From Microcystaceae cyanobacterium (GTDB lineage: Bacteria; Cyanobacteriota; Cyanobacteriia; Cyanobacteriales; Microcystaceae): 64,000 nt of DNA. Under the pieces are notes generated by a model. It was not told the origin of the DNA, ran no database searches, and saw nothing but the letters and a program-made list of their open reading frames with translations. The DNA lies in contig JBGTGT010000121.1 of the NCBI GenBank assembly GCA_041746575.1, positions 1 to 64,000 of the forward strand. Reading direction: 5' to 3'. Of the stretch, positions 50,797 to 60,599 are shown piece after piece. The first letter of the stretch is position 1, and each line of letters starts with the position of its first letter. The translations under genes and the position numbers were made by a program.

Positions 50797-51744
50797 TCAG
50801 TAAAGCGATTTAATCCAATGCCATTCCGCTTCTAAACCTTCTCTTAAACTCACCTTCGGCTGATAACCTAAAATTTCCCTTGCTTTTGTCACATCTGCCG
50901 CTGTATGTCGTGCATCTCCCATGGCTGTTTCTTGATAATTTCGTTGAATAGAAAATCCAACAATTTGGTCAATTTGATCAAGAATGTCCTGTAAAACGAC
51001 CCTACTTCCCCCACCAATGTTGATAATTTCGCCAATTGCTTCAGGAACAGCGGCCGCCAGCAAATTTCCAGCAACTACATCCTCTACATAGGTAAAATCT
51101 CGTGTTTGCTGTCCATCTCCATAAATCGGAATCGCTTCCCCCACAATGGCCGCACGAAAAAACTTATGAAATCCCATATCTGGCCGTTGACGCGGCCCAT
51201 AAACAGAGAAATAGCGCAAAATGGTGATAGGAACCTTAAAATTTTGACAATAAAGCTGACATAAGCGTTCTGCTGCCAGTTTAGTAATACCGTAGGGGGA
51301 AACGGGTTGAGGACAGAGGATTTCAGGGGTGGGAAAGGTTTCGGCGTTGCCATAGATCGAAGAGGTGGAAGCATGGACAAAACGCTTTAAATTCGGCGAA
51401 TTTTTGGCTGCTTCAAGGATAATCTGGGTCGCATTAATATTTCGTTCTGTATAATCTAAAAAACTTTTGCCCCAACTCGCTCTGACGCCAGCTTGTGCGG
51501 CTTGGTGATAGATAACTTCTACTTGTTTGAGCAAACTTATCCAGTCTAAGTCTTGAATACTCGCTTCAATCAACTCAAACGATTTATATGACTGCAGGAA
51601 AGCCACATTTTTACGCTTTAATTGGGGGTCGTAATAGTCGTTAAAGTGATCAATGCCAATGACATGATTTCCTTGTTTTAATAAGGTTTCGGCTAAATTT
51701 GAGCCAATAAAGCCGGCAACACCGGTAACAATCGCAATAGTCAT
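50797..51744 (-). CDS. NAD-dependent nucleotide-sugar epimerase/dehydratase
   Basis: GVAGFIG, HQAAQAGVR, STSSIYG, YGITK, YGPRQRPDM. Confidence 0.9.
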   Translation of the reverse strand: MTIAIVTGVAGFIGSNLAETLLKQGNHVIGIDHFNDYYDPQLKRKNVAFLQSYKSFELIEASIQDLDWISLLKQVEVIYHQAAQAGVRASWGKSFLDYTERNINATQIILEAAKNSPNLKRFVHASTSSIYGNAETFPTPEILCPQPVSPYGITKLAAERLCQLYCQNFKVPITILRYFSVYGPRQRPDMGFHKFFRAAIVGEAIPIYGDGQQTRDFTYVEDVVAGNLLAAAVPEAIGEIINIGGGSRVVLQDILDQIDQIVGFSIQRNYQETAMGDARHTAADVTKAREILGYQPKVSLREGLEAEWHWIKSLY

Positions 51745-51823
51745 AGAATTGAGTAGATAAACTGAATCATTTTTAGTTCCCCCTAAGATAACAGGTTTAA
51801 GGCTTAATTTCGCTTTTTCTCAG

Positions 51824-52672
51824 TTATGGATTAGAGACATCAAAAGTATTACAGGCATCGGGATTTCCGGTACTTAGCCCTTTTTGAAACCAGCGTACCC
51901 GTTGCGCCGAACTGCCGTGGGTAAAGGCATCCGGTCGAACATATCCTTTAGCTTGTCTTTGAAGTTGGTCATCTCCAATATTAGCGGCGGCGTTCATTGC
52001 TTCTTCAATATCGCCCGGTTCAAGGGTTTGACGACTGCGATCGGAATGATAAGCCCATACCCCAGCAAAACAATCTGCCTGTAATTCTAAGCGAACTGAA
52101 AGCTGATTGCCTTGTACTTTACCGGTGCGTTGCTGAGCAGAATGGACTTGTTGAGAAATGCCGAGAAGGGTTTGGACGTGGTGGCCAATTTCATGGGCAA
52201 TGACATACGCTTGGGCGAAATCTCCCGGCGAATTGTGACGGTTCTTTAATTGTTGGAAAAAGCTAGTATCTAGATAAACTTTGCGGTCATTGGGACAATA
52301 AAAAGGACCCATCGCCGCTTGGGCAAATCCACAAGCTGATTGAACTGCCCCTGAAAACAAAACTAATTTGGGTTCTTGGTATCTTAAACCCGATTGACGG
52401 AAGATCCCTTGCCAAGTGTCTTCCGTATCTGCTAAAACCACTTTAACGAAATCGGTAGTTTGGTCGGAAACGGGCGAATCTTGGGCTGAATTTGAAGTAG
52501 GTGCGTTTGTTACAGGGGCTTGCTGTAAAATAACACTGGGGTCAATCCCTAAAAATAAGGCCGCCAAAACCAAAAGAACAGTGCCAATTCCTCCACCAAC
52601 AGCCACCGTTCCTGACCCCATGCCTCGTCTATCTTCAACGTTGTCGCTTTTGCGACCCATTTGCCAACGCAT
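51824..52672 (-). CDS. YpfJ-family neutral zinc metallopeptidase
   Basis: SDNVEDRRG, GPFYCP.D, VIAHEIGHHVQ (HExxH), ELQADCFAG, FTHGSS.QR. Confidence 0.9.
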   Translation of the reverse strand: MRWQMGRKSDNVEDRRGMGSGTVAVGGGIGTVLLVLAALFLGIDPSVILQQAPVTNAPTSNSAQDSPVSDQTTDFVKVVLADTEDTWQGIFRQSGLRYQEPKLVLFSGAVQSACGFAQAAMGPFYCPNDRKVYLDTSFFQQLKNRHNSPGDFAQAYVIAHEIGHHVQTLLGISQQVHSAQQRTGKVQGNQLSVRLELQADCFAGVWAYHSDRSRQTLEPGDIEEAMNAAANIGDDQLQRQAKGYVRPDAFTHGSSAQRVRWFQKGLSTGNPDACNTFDVSNP

Positions 52673-52765
52673 AAGTTCCCACCCTTTACTGAAAAGTTTC
52701 CCTACATTATAAAAGTGATTTTTCGGAAATCTACGGCAAAATAAAAAAAGATTTACTCATTTAAA

Positions 52766-53344
52766 GTGATGGCTAAGGGGAAAAAACACGATCTACGCTG
52801 GATCAAAAAAACGGTTAAGCTAGAAGAGGGACACAATTGGCAGTCTCAACCAGATTCTCAGATTTTTGTGGCAGGAAGGGGCGCATTACGCTTTGATGTT
52901 CCGCAAAATTGGCACTTAGAACCCAAAGAAGATTCTTTTCGCTTTTCAGACAAAAAACCGCCCGATGATAATTGCTGTCTAGAAGCTTCTTTCAATTTAT
53001 TGCCTCCCAATGACTGGTCAGATTTTCCCTTAATTCCACTTTTAAAAAAAATAGTCAAAGATGATTCTCGTCATCCGATTGAAACGGGAAAAGTCATTCA
53101 CCTAAAACGACAAACAGCGCGAATTGTTTGGACAGAAATTAAGTTTATTGACCCTCACGAAAATCGTCCTGCTTATTCTCGCATTGCCGTTGGTTTAGGG
53201 TCTGGCGTGCAATGTTTAATTACCTTTGACTATTGGGAAGATGAAGCCGAACCATTAACGCCTATTTGGGATAAAGTAATGAACTCTTTGGTGCTAGGTT
53301 TATTTATCCGTGACCCTAGAACGGGATTTGCTTATCCTGATTAA
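52766..53344 (+). CDS. Hypothetical protein
   Basis: 192-aa ORF filling the space between flanking genes; no motif recognised with confidence. Confidence 0.7.
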   Translation: MMAKGKKHDLRWIKKTVKLEEGHNWQSQPDSQIFVAGRGALRFDVPQNWHLEPKEDSFRFSDKKPPDDNCCLEASFNLLPPNDWSDFPLIPLLKKIVKDDSRHPIETGKVIHLKRQTARIVWTEIKFIDPHENRPAYSRIAVGLGSGVQCLITFDYWEDEAEPLTPIWDKVMNSLVLGLFIRDPRTGFAYPD

Positions 53345-53417
53345 ATGTCGCAAAACGTTGTAAGGCAACACCTGACATGTCCAGACCTTTTTACCGACAA
53401 AACCTTAAATTAAACGG

Positions 53418-54359
53418 TTAAACAGTTGCTGTATCCTTATCTATATCCACTGCTGGTAAGGCATGAGGCATTTTAAGTTTAGGTAAAAATTGACGAATTA
53501 GACCAATGGTAACGGCAGGCAGTTCCAATTGAGGCGTAAAGCCCACATCGTCTAATTCGTATAGAATGCGAATGGCATTGGGATTCATCTGCTGAAGACG
53601 ACGACCGACTTCAGGCCCTGTATATTCAGATTTTCGACCCCATATTAAAGCCGTGGGAACCGATAACTGACAAATAGATTCGGTGAGATCAAAGCAAAGA
53701 TCTCCTCGTACAAACGATAAGGCGGCATATTCAGCATTAGGTTGCTGCGCTGATTGTAAATAAGCTTCCACTATTTCAGGGTACACTCTTTCTTTACGAG
53801 CAAATTGACGCTCTTCTAAAAAGCGACTAATGCCGAAAGCGGTCGCAATACCTGTACTGTAAAGTAAACGGTCAATAATTGGGGTTCCTGCTAGCTGGGT
53901 AAAGAAATTGTCTTGATAATCCTTACTCAATTCATTTAATCCAGCCGCCGTGACTAAAATCAAGGATTTGAATCTTTCTGGATTAGCGATCGCCACTCGA
54001 AGGGTAAAAGCAGCTGTTAATCCAGACGCAATAACGGTCATCGGAGTTTGGCAGGTTTGAGCTAAAAATTCGGCAATCGTTGTCGTATAGTCTTGAATTT
54101 GATAGTTGCGTTCTGGATGTTCTGAACGACCCCAACCTAGCATATCAGGGGCAAGGATGCGGTATTCTGAGGCAAATGCAGGATAAACTTTTGACCATTC
54201 ATAAGCGGAAGAACCACCTCCCAAACCATGTAAAAAAACGAATGTTTCTTGAGAATTGGCTTGATTATTCTGCCAAGGTGCTTGATCATTGGTATAGTAA
54301 GTCAGTCTGCCTAAACGGGTTTGAATATTATTTTGACTAAAACCAAGGGGGATAAACAT
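53418..54359 (-). CDS. Alpha/beta hydrolase-fold protein with non-canonical catalytic residues
   Basis: FLHGLGGG, APDMLGWGRS, ALIWG; nucleophile elbow reads IASGLT; ATG 54359. Confidence 0.8.
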   Translation of the reverse strand: MFIPLGFSQNNIQTRLGRLTYYTNDQAPWQNNQANSQETFVFLHGLGGGSSAYEWSKVYPAFASEYRILAPDMLGWGRSEHPERNYQIQDYTTTIAEFLAQTCQTPMTVIASGLTAAFTLRVAIANPERFKSLILVTAAGLNELSKDYQDNFFTQLAGTPIIDRLLYSTGIATAFGISRFLEERQFARKERVYPEIVEAYLQSAQQPNAEYAALSFVRGDLCFDLTESICQLSVPTALIWGRKSEYTGPEVGRRLQQMNPNAIRILYELDDVGFTPQLELPAVTIGLIRQFLPKLKMPHALPAVDIDKDTATV

Positions 54360-54540
54360 AGCGCACTCTCTGGTTAATTTTGCAATGAAAATTTTGGTTA
54401 TTTTCATGTACTTTAAAGATGAAGTAATTGATCATTATTTCCATCTCTCTGTAGAAAGAAATGATCAATTTTTGCAGAAGTTGAAAAGTCAATAGTCCCA
54501 ATAATAGTCATTGCAATCGTTTAAAATTGCTCATGGATAT

Positions 54541-55767
54541 TTATTGAGGATGACCGCATTTTTTACAATAACCTAACTCTTTATAGGTTAATCTATGACA
54601 GTGAGAACATTCTGTATATTGATGATAACCACAATGAGGACAATAAACATCTTGGGAACGAATTTTCTTTGCGCAGTGGAGACAACGCATTTTTTGAAAG
54701 CGATTGGTGATTTGATTTTTACGGTTGAAAATAAAAATTTGTGACAGTTTGATAATACCAAAACCGAGAAGTGGAACCAAGAGAATATATATGTATCTAA
54801 CTAAAAAGGAAAGTCGTCCTAAGATTTTGCGAATAGTATTCAGTAGAAAATTTAAAATGACATCCAATTGAATAAATTCAAAAATCTTAAAAATTAGAGG
54901 AATAAAAAAGATAATAAGTAAGTGCCAAGTGATTAATTCAATTAGCCCATATCCTTTACTTTGAGCAAAAAGATAAATTCCTAGAGCAAATAATATTAAA
55001 GGAATCAAAAAGAGAAGTTGAAAAAGAAGTTGAATCATTGGATGCCAAAAAGAAGCTTTCTGATAGCCATTTTCAACAAGATTAAATTGAGTTTTATTAT
55101 TGAGGAAGTTGAGAAATGAGATATTTGTATTGATATTTAGAAGTTGTTTTTTCTGCGCTTCAGTTTCCTGTTGAAGGTTGGTTATTTTGCGTTGATTGCT
55201 TTCGATTTGTGCTTGTGCTTTTTCGGCACTGACGTTATTGATAGATTGCGCTCTTTTTTGACCTGCAATTTTTTCTAAAAGGGTTGAATCATACTGGGAG
55301 CGAATCGTACGATTTTCTTTTTCTAATTGACTTATCTGTTCTTGTTTTTGTTGAATGAGTTCGAGTTTTTTTTGATTGTTTTGATGATTGATTTGATCTT
55401 GATATCTGGCGTATTTTAAACAAATTTCGCTTACTTCGCCTAATTGATTGGTAGCCGCTTGTCGGTAAGTATCTTCAAGGTTAAATGATTTTCTGCTTGA
55501 ATTCATCAAGCTCCTTTTGATTTTATCAAACGCTCTATTAGGCTCTGTTGATTGACGGTAATCTTTCCATTCGCGATAACAAGGGTAAGCTTGAGAAGGA
55601 CTTAAATGCCACGTACTGATTTCCTGTAGTCCTGCAAAAACATGGGTTAAAATAAAGATATCAATGAGAACAATGACAACAATACTGACTTTATTGAGAG
55701 GTTCATTGTTGATCGTGCGAGAACGATTAAAAAATTGTTGAAACCAACGACGAATCGATGTAAACAT
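54541..55767 (-). CDS. Membrane protein with coiled coil and C-terminal double zinc ribbon
   Basis: N-terminal TM, long coiled coil, about three TMs, CLHC..CPHCG..CSHC..CKKCG. Confidence 0.8.
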   Translation of the reverse strand: MFTSIRRWFQQFFNRSRTINNEPLNKVSIVVIVLIDIFILTHVFAGLQEISTWHLSPSQAYPCYREWKDYRQSTEPNRAFDKIKRSLMNSSRKSFNLEDTYRQAATNQLGEVSEICLKYARYQDQINHQNNQKKLELIQQKQEQISQLEKENRTIRSQYDSTLLEKIAGQKRAQSINNVSAEKAQAQIESNQRKITNLQQETEAQKKQLLNINTNISFLNFLNNKTQFNLVENGYQKASFWHPMIQLLFQLLFLIPLILFALGIYLFAQSKGYGLIELITWHLLIIFFIPLIFKIFEFIQLDVILNFLLNTIRKILGRLSFLVRYIYILLVPLLGFGIIKLSQIFIFNRKNQITNRFQKMRCLHCAKKIRSQDVYCPHCGYHQYTECSHCHRLTYKELGYCKKCGHPQ

Positions 55768-55893
55768 TAAAGCTTAACCCCCAGACTCTATTCCATAAGA
55801 TGGACAAAATTAAAAGACAAAAAATCTATCATGGTGCGTTGAAAATCATTTATAATTTATAAATCCCTCTTCATCATTTTAAAGGAGTAAGTT

Positions 55894-57582
55894 ATCGAAA
55901 CGATCTATGGAAATTTACAAGGACTAAAACCCAGTCAACTTAAACAACTTCAACGACTTTATCATCAAAAACAAATAGGCGATCGCTTAACTTCCGCAGA
56001 CTTTGCTGAACGTTTAGCCGCTATCAGTACAGATATTAAACAACCGATCTGTGTCTATATTAACCGCCGAGGTCAAGTGATTCGGGTTGGTATCGGTACT
56101 CCTCGTCAAACCCAAATTCCTCCCTTAGAATTGCCGCGATACGGTGCAGAACGTCTCTGTGGAATTCGTTGTATCGCCACCCAATTAAAACCTGACCCCC
56201 CTACTGTATCAAGTTTAACCGCTATGGTATTACAGCGTCTAGATGGGCTGGTAACTCTCACCTTAACGGGGAGTGGTAAAGAACGACGAGGCGGTGGCAG
56301 GACAGGTTATGTCGAAAATGCTTATTTCGCTCATTTGTTGCCGCACAAAGACGGAAATAACGAAGATATTCATGAATACTGCACGGTTTCGGAGGCATTA
56401 ACCCTTGAGTCCTTAAATGAACAGGATTTTTTGGCGTTCGTCGAAGGATTAGAAGCGGAATTCCAACGAGAATTTCTAGGGCAAAAAGTCGATATTGAGC
56501 AAGATAGAGTCATTATCGTCGGTCTTCAGAGACAATCTACCCCAGAAGACCAATTTCAGACGCAGATGCAAGAATTATCTCGCCTAGTTGACACGGCAGG
56601 GGGAGAAGTCCTGACCACCCTCACCCAAAAGCGTTCTGCTTCCCACCCACAAACAGTGGTAGGAAAGGGTAAAATTCAGGAAATTGCCTTACAAGTTCAG
56701 ACATTAGGCGCAAATTTGGTCGTATTTGACCATGATCTTTCCCCGACTCAAGCCCGAAATCTGGAAAATCAGCTGGGTGTTAGTGTCGTTGACCGTACTG
56801 AAGTGATTTTAGATATTTTTGCTCAGCGCGCTCAATCTAGAGCAGGTAAGCTTCAAGTTGAATTGGCACAACTAGAATATAAACTTCCTCGCTTAACCGG
56901 AAGAGGCCGAGCCATGTCCCGTCTAGGGGGAGGCATCGGCACGAGAGGTCCAGGAGAAACCAAGCTAGAAACAGAAAAAAGGACAATTAGTCGTCGAATT
57001 AGCCGCTTACAACAAGAAGTCAACCAACTACAAGCTCATCGCTCTCGTTTACGGCAACAAAGGCAAGATAACGATATTCCTACCATTGCCATCGTCGGCT
57101 ATACTAATGCGGGTAAATCGACTCTAATCAATGCCTTGACAAATTCGTCGGTTTATACAGCTGATCAATTATTCGCCACCTTAGATCCCACCACGCGCCG
57201 TCTCTCGATTCCTATCCCTTCGACGGGAGAGCCAAAAACAGTATTATTGACCGATACGGTGGGTTTTATTCATGAATTGCCCCCCTCCCTCGTAGATGCC
57301 TTCCGTGCAACCTTAGAAGAAGTCACAGAAGCAGATGCGTTGCTTCACGTTGTAGATCTTTCTCATCCGGCTTGGCAACAACAAATTACAGATGTGACAG
57401 AGATTTTGGACGATATCTTATTATTTAATGAGGATATTCTCCTAGCTTTTAATAAAATTGATCGAGTCGAGGGAGAGACCTTAGATAGAGCAAAAATGCT
57501 CTTTCCAAAAGCGGTTTTTATGTCCGCTAGTTGTCGCTATGGATTAGAAACCTTAAGACAAAGATTAGGAGAAATAGAGTAA
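55894..57582 (+). CDS. hflX: Ribosome-splitting GTPase HflX (long cyanobacterial form), ATC start
   Basis: GYTNAGKS, LFATLDPT, DTVGFI, NKID; frame open 61 codons upstream of GTG 56077 to ATC 55894, which follows AAGGAG and an in-frame TAA. Confidence 0.92.
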   Translation: METIYGNLQGLKPSQLKQLQRLYHQKQIGDRLTSADFAERLAAISTDIKQPICVYINRRGQVIRVGIGTPRQTQIPPLELPRYGAERLCGIRCIATQLKPDPPTVSSLTAMVLQRLDGLVTLTLTGSGKERRGGGRTGYVENAYFAHLLPHKDGNNEDIHEYCTVSEALTLESLNEQDFLAFVEGLEAEFQREFLGQKVDIEQDRVIIVGLQRQSTPEDQFQTQMQELSRLVDTAGGEVLTTLTQKRSASHPQTVVGKGKIQEIALQVQTLGANLVVFDHDLSPTQARNLENQLGVSVVDRTEVILDIFAQRAQSRAGKLQVELAQLEYKLPRLTGRGRAMSRLGGGIGTRGPGETKLETEKRTISRRISRLQQEVNQLQAHRSRLRQQRQDNDIPTIAIVGYTNAGKSTLINALTNSSVYTADQLFATLDPTTRRLSIPIPSTGEPKTVLLTDTVGFIHELPPSLVDAFRATLEEVTEADALLHVVDLSHPAWQQQITDVTEILDDILLFNEDILLAFNKIDRVEGETLDRAKMLFPKAVFMSASCRYGLETLRQRLGEIE

Positions 57583-57703
57583 AATTCAGGACAAAGGAAG
57601 CAGAATAGAAAAATTTCAAATGAGCGGTTGTCCGTTTCAATAATCTATGCTACCGTTCTCTTCTTTTTAACACCTATTTAAAGGCGTGTCAATTTATAGA
57701 TCA

Positions 57704-59023
57704 ATGTACCCTAAAATTGTGGCTTATTCTTATACCAATCCTTTACTCGCGTCTCCTCCTAATTCAGCAATATGGGGATGGGAAATTGAGCAAATTTATC
57801 AAGACGTTGGACAGCGACAGCAATACTATCAACTCTTACAAGATTGTCAAATTGATCCTCCTCAGTATTTATTAATTCGTCGCTTAGATGAATTGGGTAA
57901 CACCTTAGTAGAAATCCAAAAAAACGTGTCTTTATTGGAATCTTTTAATATCGAAATTATTGCAATTGAGCAAGATTATTATTCATCTCAGTTTAAAGAG
58001 CAGGATTCTGTAAAGATAAGAGAAAAGTTAAGTCAGCTTTCGCAAGAAATTACGGATAACCAGTATAAAAACCGCTTAAAAGAAGGTCATGCCAAAAATC
58101 GAATTCAATTCTTACCTCCCCCCGGAAAAGCACCCTATGGGTATCGTAGAGGTCAAGATCGTTATATTATTGACCGAAGCACTTCACCTATTGTTAAAGC
58201 CTTTTTTGACCACTTTCTTCTCTTTGGCAATTTAAGAGATGCTGTTCGATTTATTGAAAAAAAATACAATAAAAAAGTTTCCGTTTCAACCGCAAAAAAA
58301 TGGTTAACGCATCCTGTTTATCGGGGAAATATAGGATATAAAAACAAGGAAATTATTCCTGACACTCATCTTTCTATTTTATCGAGAGAAGAAGCGGCAC
58401 AAATTGATCGATTATTACGACGAAATTGTCAATTTTCGCCTCGAAATGCCAGCGCGCCTCGTTCTTTGGCTGGATTAGTGACTTGTCAAAACTGTCAAGC
58501 TAAAATGAATATTATTCGAGTCCGTCCTTCCTCCCAATCAACCGAATATCTTTATCTACGCTCAACTGATTGTCCGTTGAAACCGAAATGTAAAGCAATT
58601 ACTTATCAAACCTTTTTAGAGAAAACAATTCAAAAAATCTGTTGTGAATTACCCCAAGAAGTGGCAAAATTACAATTACCCAATATTACCTTAATTAAAA
58701 CTCACTTAGAAACGGCGATCGCTCAAAAACAAGAAATGATTCAAACCGTTCAATCGCTTCAAGAACAAGGTATCTTAGATCCAGAAACGACGCAATTAAG
58801 AATTTATAAAATCAAGACTGAAATTGCTCAATTAAAATTCCAAGTTGACCAATTACCCCCTGAAAATTTGATCCGCCTTACGCAAGATGTTGCCTTAGAA
58901 GAATTTTGGCTTGACTTATCTGAATCCGAAAGACGGTTTTATTTCCGAGAGTTCATTAAATCTATTGAAATTATCCGAGAAAATCAGCAAACTTTTGAGT
59001 TAAGATTGCAATTTGTTTTCTAA
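57704..59023 (+). CDS. Large serine recombinase-like protein with degenerate catalytic domain
   Basis: Resolvase-like N-domain (AYSYTNP, RRLDELG), recombinase domain (GKAPYGY, WLTHPVYRG), Zn ribbon (LAGLVTCQNC..C....C), coiled coil, ERRFYFREFIKSI; ATG 57704. Confidence 0.8.
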   Translation: MYPKIVAYSYTNPLLASPPNSAIWGWEIEQIYQDVGQRQQYYQLLQDCQIDPPQYLLIRRLDELGNTLVEIQKNVSLLESFNIEIIAIEQDYYSSQFKEQDSVKIREKLSQLSQEITDNQYKNRLKEGHAKNRIQFLPPPGKAPYGYRRGQDRYIIDRSTSPIVKAFFDHFLLFGNLRDAVRFIEKKYNKKVSVSTAKKWLTHPVYRGNIGYKNKEIIPDTHLSILSREEAAQIDRLLRRNCQFSPRNASAPRSLAGLVTCQNCQAKMNIIRVRPSSQSTEYLYLRSTDCPLKPKCKAITYQTFLEKTIQKICCELPQEVAKLQLPNITLIKTHLETAIAQKQEMIQTVQSLQEQGILDPETTQLRIYKIKTEIAQLKFQVDQLPPENLIRLTQDVALEEFWLDLSESERRFYFREFIKSIEIIRENQQTFELRLQFVF

Positions 59024-59377
59024 TTGATTGACTCTGATTTCTAAATCTCTAACTTTTTCCTTTAATTCGATTAATAAAGTAGCAAATCGTTCCATCAAGG
59101 GGTCACTTCGCCCAATTAATTCACCGTCGATTACTTGGGGAAAAACGTTAGTATTGGGATTGACAGAAGGCGCAGATGAACCCGATGAAGATTGCTGTAA
59201 ACGCCGGACATTAGCTTCAAGAGAACGGATTCTCACCTCCAAACTTCTTAGATCTGATCTTAAAATACTTTGAGGATCTAAAGCCATACTTGGCGTTAAA
59301 TTGCTTAATACCCATAAGACCAAAAGAAGCAGAATAATACTCACAATCGATCTAACTTTTTTAAAAAAAGGACTCAT
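59000..59377 (-). CDS. Hypothetical exported/membrane-anchored coiled-coil protein
   Basis: Signal-like hydrophobic N-terminus, two coiled coils, DPLMERFATLLIELKE. Confidence 0.65.
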   Translation of the reverse strand: MSPFFKKVRSIVSIILLLLVLWVLSNLTPSMALDPQSILRSDLRSLEVRIRSLEANVRRLQQSSSGSSAPSVNPNTNVFPQVIDGELIGRSDPLMERFATLLIELKEKVRDLEIRVNQLENKLQS

Positions 59378-59488
59378 CTTAGTGCTATCAGTTCAACTAT
59401 TAATCATTATATCAAGGGTCTTAATTCTTAAAAGAATCAGCACAAAAAATGTTACCCTGTAAAAAGCATTAAACCTATCAAAATTTTT

Positions 59489-60505
59489 ATGAATCGTGCA
59501 ATTGCGAGAATTTTGGATGCAAATTTAGATAGAGCCAGAGAAGGTGTAAGAATTATCGAAGAATGGTGTCGTTTTGCTTTAAATAATCCAGAACTAGCTG
59601 ATAAGTGTAAACAGATGCGCCAAGCGATCGCACAATGGCATACGCTTGATCTCAAAATGGCCAGAGATACCCCCAACGATGCGGGAACGCAACTATCTCA
59701 TCCCCAAGAAGAAACGCGCCAGAGTATTGAGCATTTATTACAAGTTAACTGCGGACGATTACAAGAAGCCTTACGGGTGCTAGAAGAATATGGTAAACTT
59801 TATAAAATAGAAATGGGACAAGCCTTTAAAACCCTTCGTTATCAAGCTTATACTCTCGAAAGTGAACTTTTTATGGCAAATAATCTGCAAAATTTACCAC
59901 ACATTCCCCTTTATTTGGTTACTTCTCCCTCGGAAAATCTTTTGACGGTGGTTGAATCAGCCTTAAAAGGGGGACTGAAATTAGTGCAATATCGTGACAA
60001 AAATAGCGATGACGCCCTATGCTATCAAAATGCGCTCAAATTAAAAGAATTATGTTACAACTACAATGCGATATTCTTAGTTAATGATCGAGTCGATTTA
60101 GCCCTTGCCGTCAACGCAGATGGTGTCCATTTAGGACAGCGAGATCTCCCCATTGACGTTACCCGAAACTTATTAGGAAAAAACGCAATTATTGGACGTT
60201 CTACCACTAATCCAACTGAAATGACTAAAGCAGTGCAGGAAGGCGCAGACTATATCGGTGTTGGACCTGTTTACGCCACACCAACCAAAGCCGAAAAAAA
60301 ACCTGCCGGATTAGAATATGTACAGTATGCCGTCAAAAACTGCCCTATTCCTTGGTTTTGTGTAGGAGGAATTAATTTAGATAACCTCAGCATCGTCAAA
60401 CAGGCAGGAGGAAAACAATTCGCTGTTGTCCGAGCAATCATGGAAGCAGATAATCCCCAAAAGGTGACGGAGACATTTTTACAAGAATTAAGCACTATCT
60501 ATTAG
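59489..60505 (+). CDS. thiE: Thiamine-phosphate synthase (cyanobacterial form with N-terminal extension)
   Basis: RILDANLDRAREG.R..EE N-domain; VQYRDK, VNDRVD, GVHLGQ.D, GPVYATPTK. Confidence 0.93.
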   Translation: MNRAIARILDANLDRAREGVRIIEEWCRFALNNPELADKCKQMRQAIAQWHTLDLKMARDTPNDAGTQLSHPQEETRQSIEHLLQVNCGRLQEALRVLEEYGKLYKIEMGQAFKTLRYQAYTLESELFMANNLQNLPHIPLYLVTSPSENLLTVVESALKGGLKLVQYRDKNSDDALCYQNALKLKELCYNYNAIFLVNDRVDLALAVNADGVHLGQRDLPIDVTRNLLGKNAIIGRSTTNPTEMTKAVQEGADYIGVGPVYATPTKAEKKPAGLEYVQYAVKNCPIPWFCVGGINLDNLSIVKQAGGKQFAVVRAIMEADNPQKVTETFLQELSTIY

Positions 60506-60599
60506 TCTGCTCAACCCTTAATTTTGGGTTATTTAATAATTAAAATTATCCCTAATATTTCCTGCTATACTAACGCTTAATTGAATCAAATTCAAGTTA

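Noticed and set aside
59378..59488. TPP riboswitch upstream of thiE
   Set aside because: Short AT-rich divergent promoter region with no CTGAGA or other THI-box core
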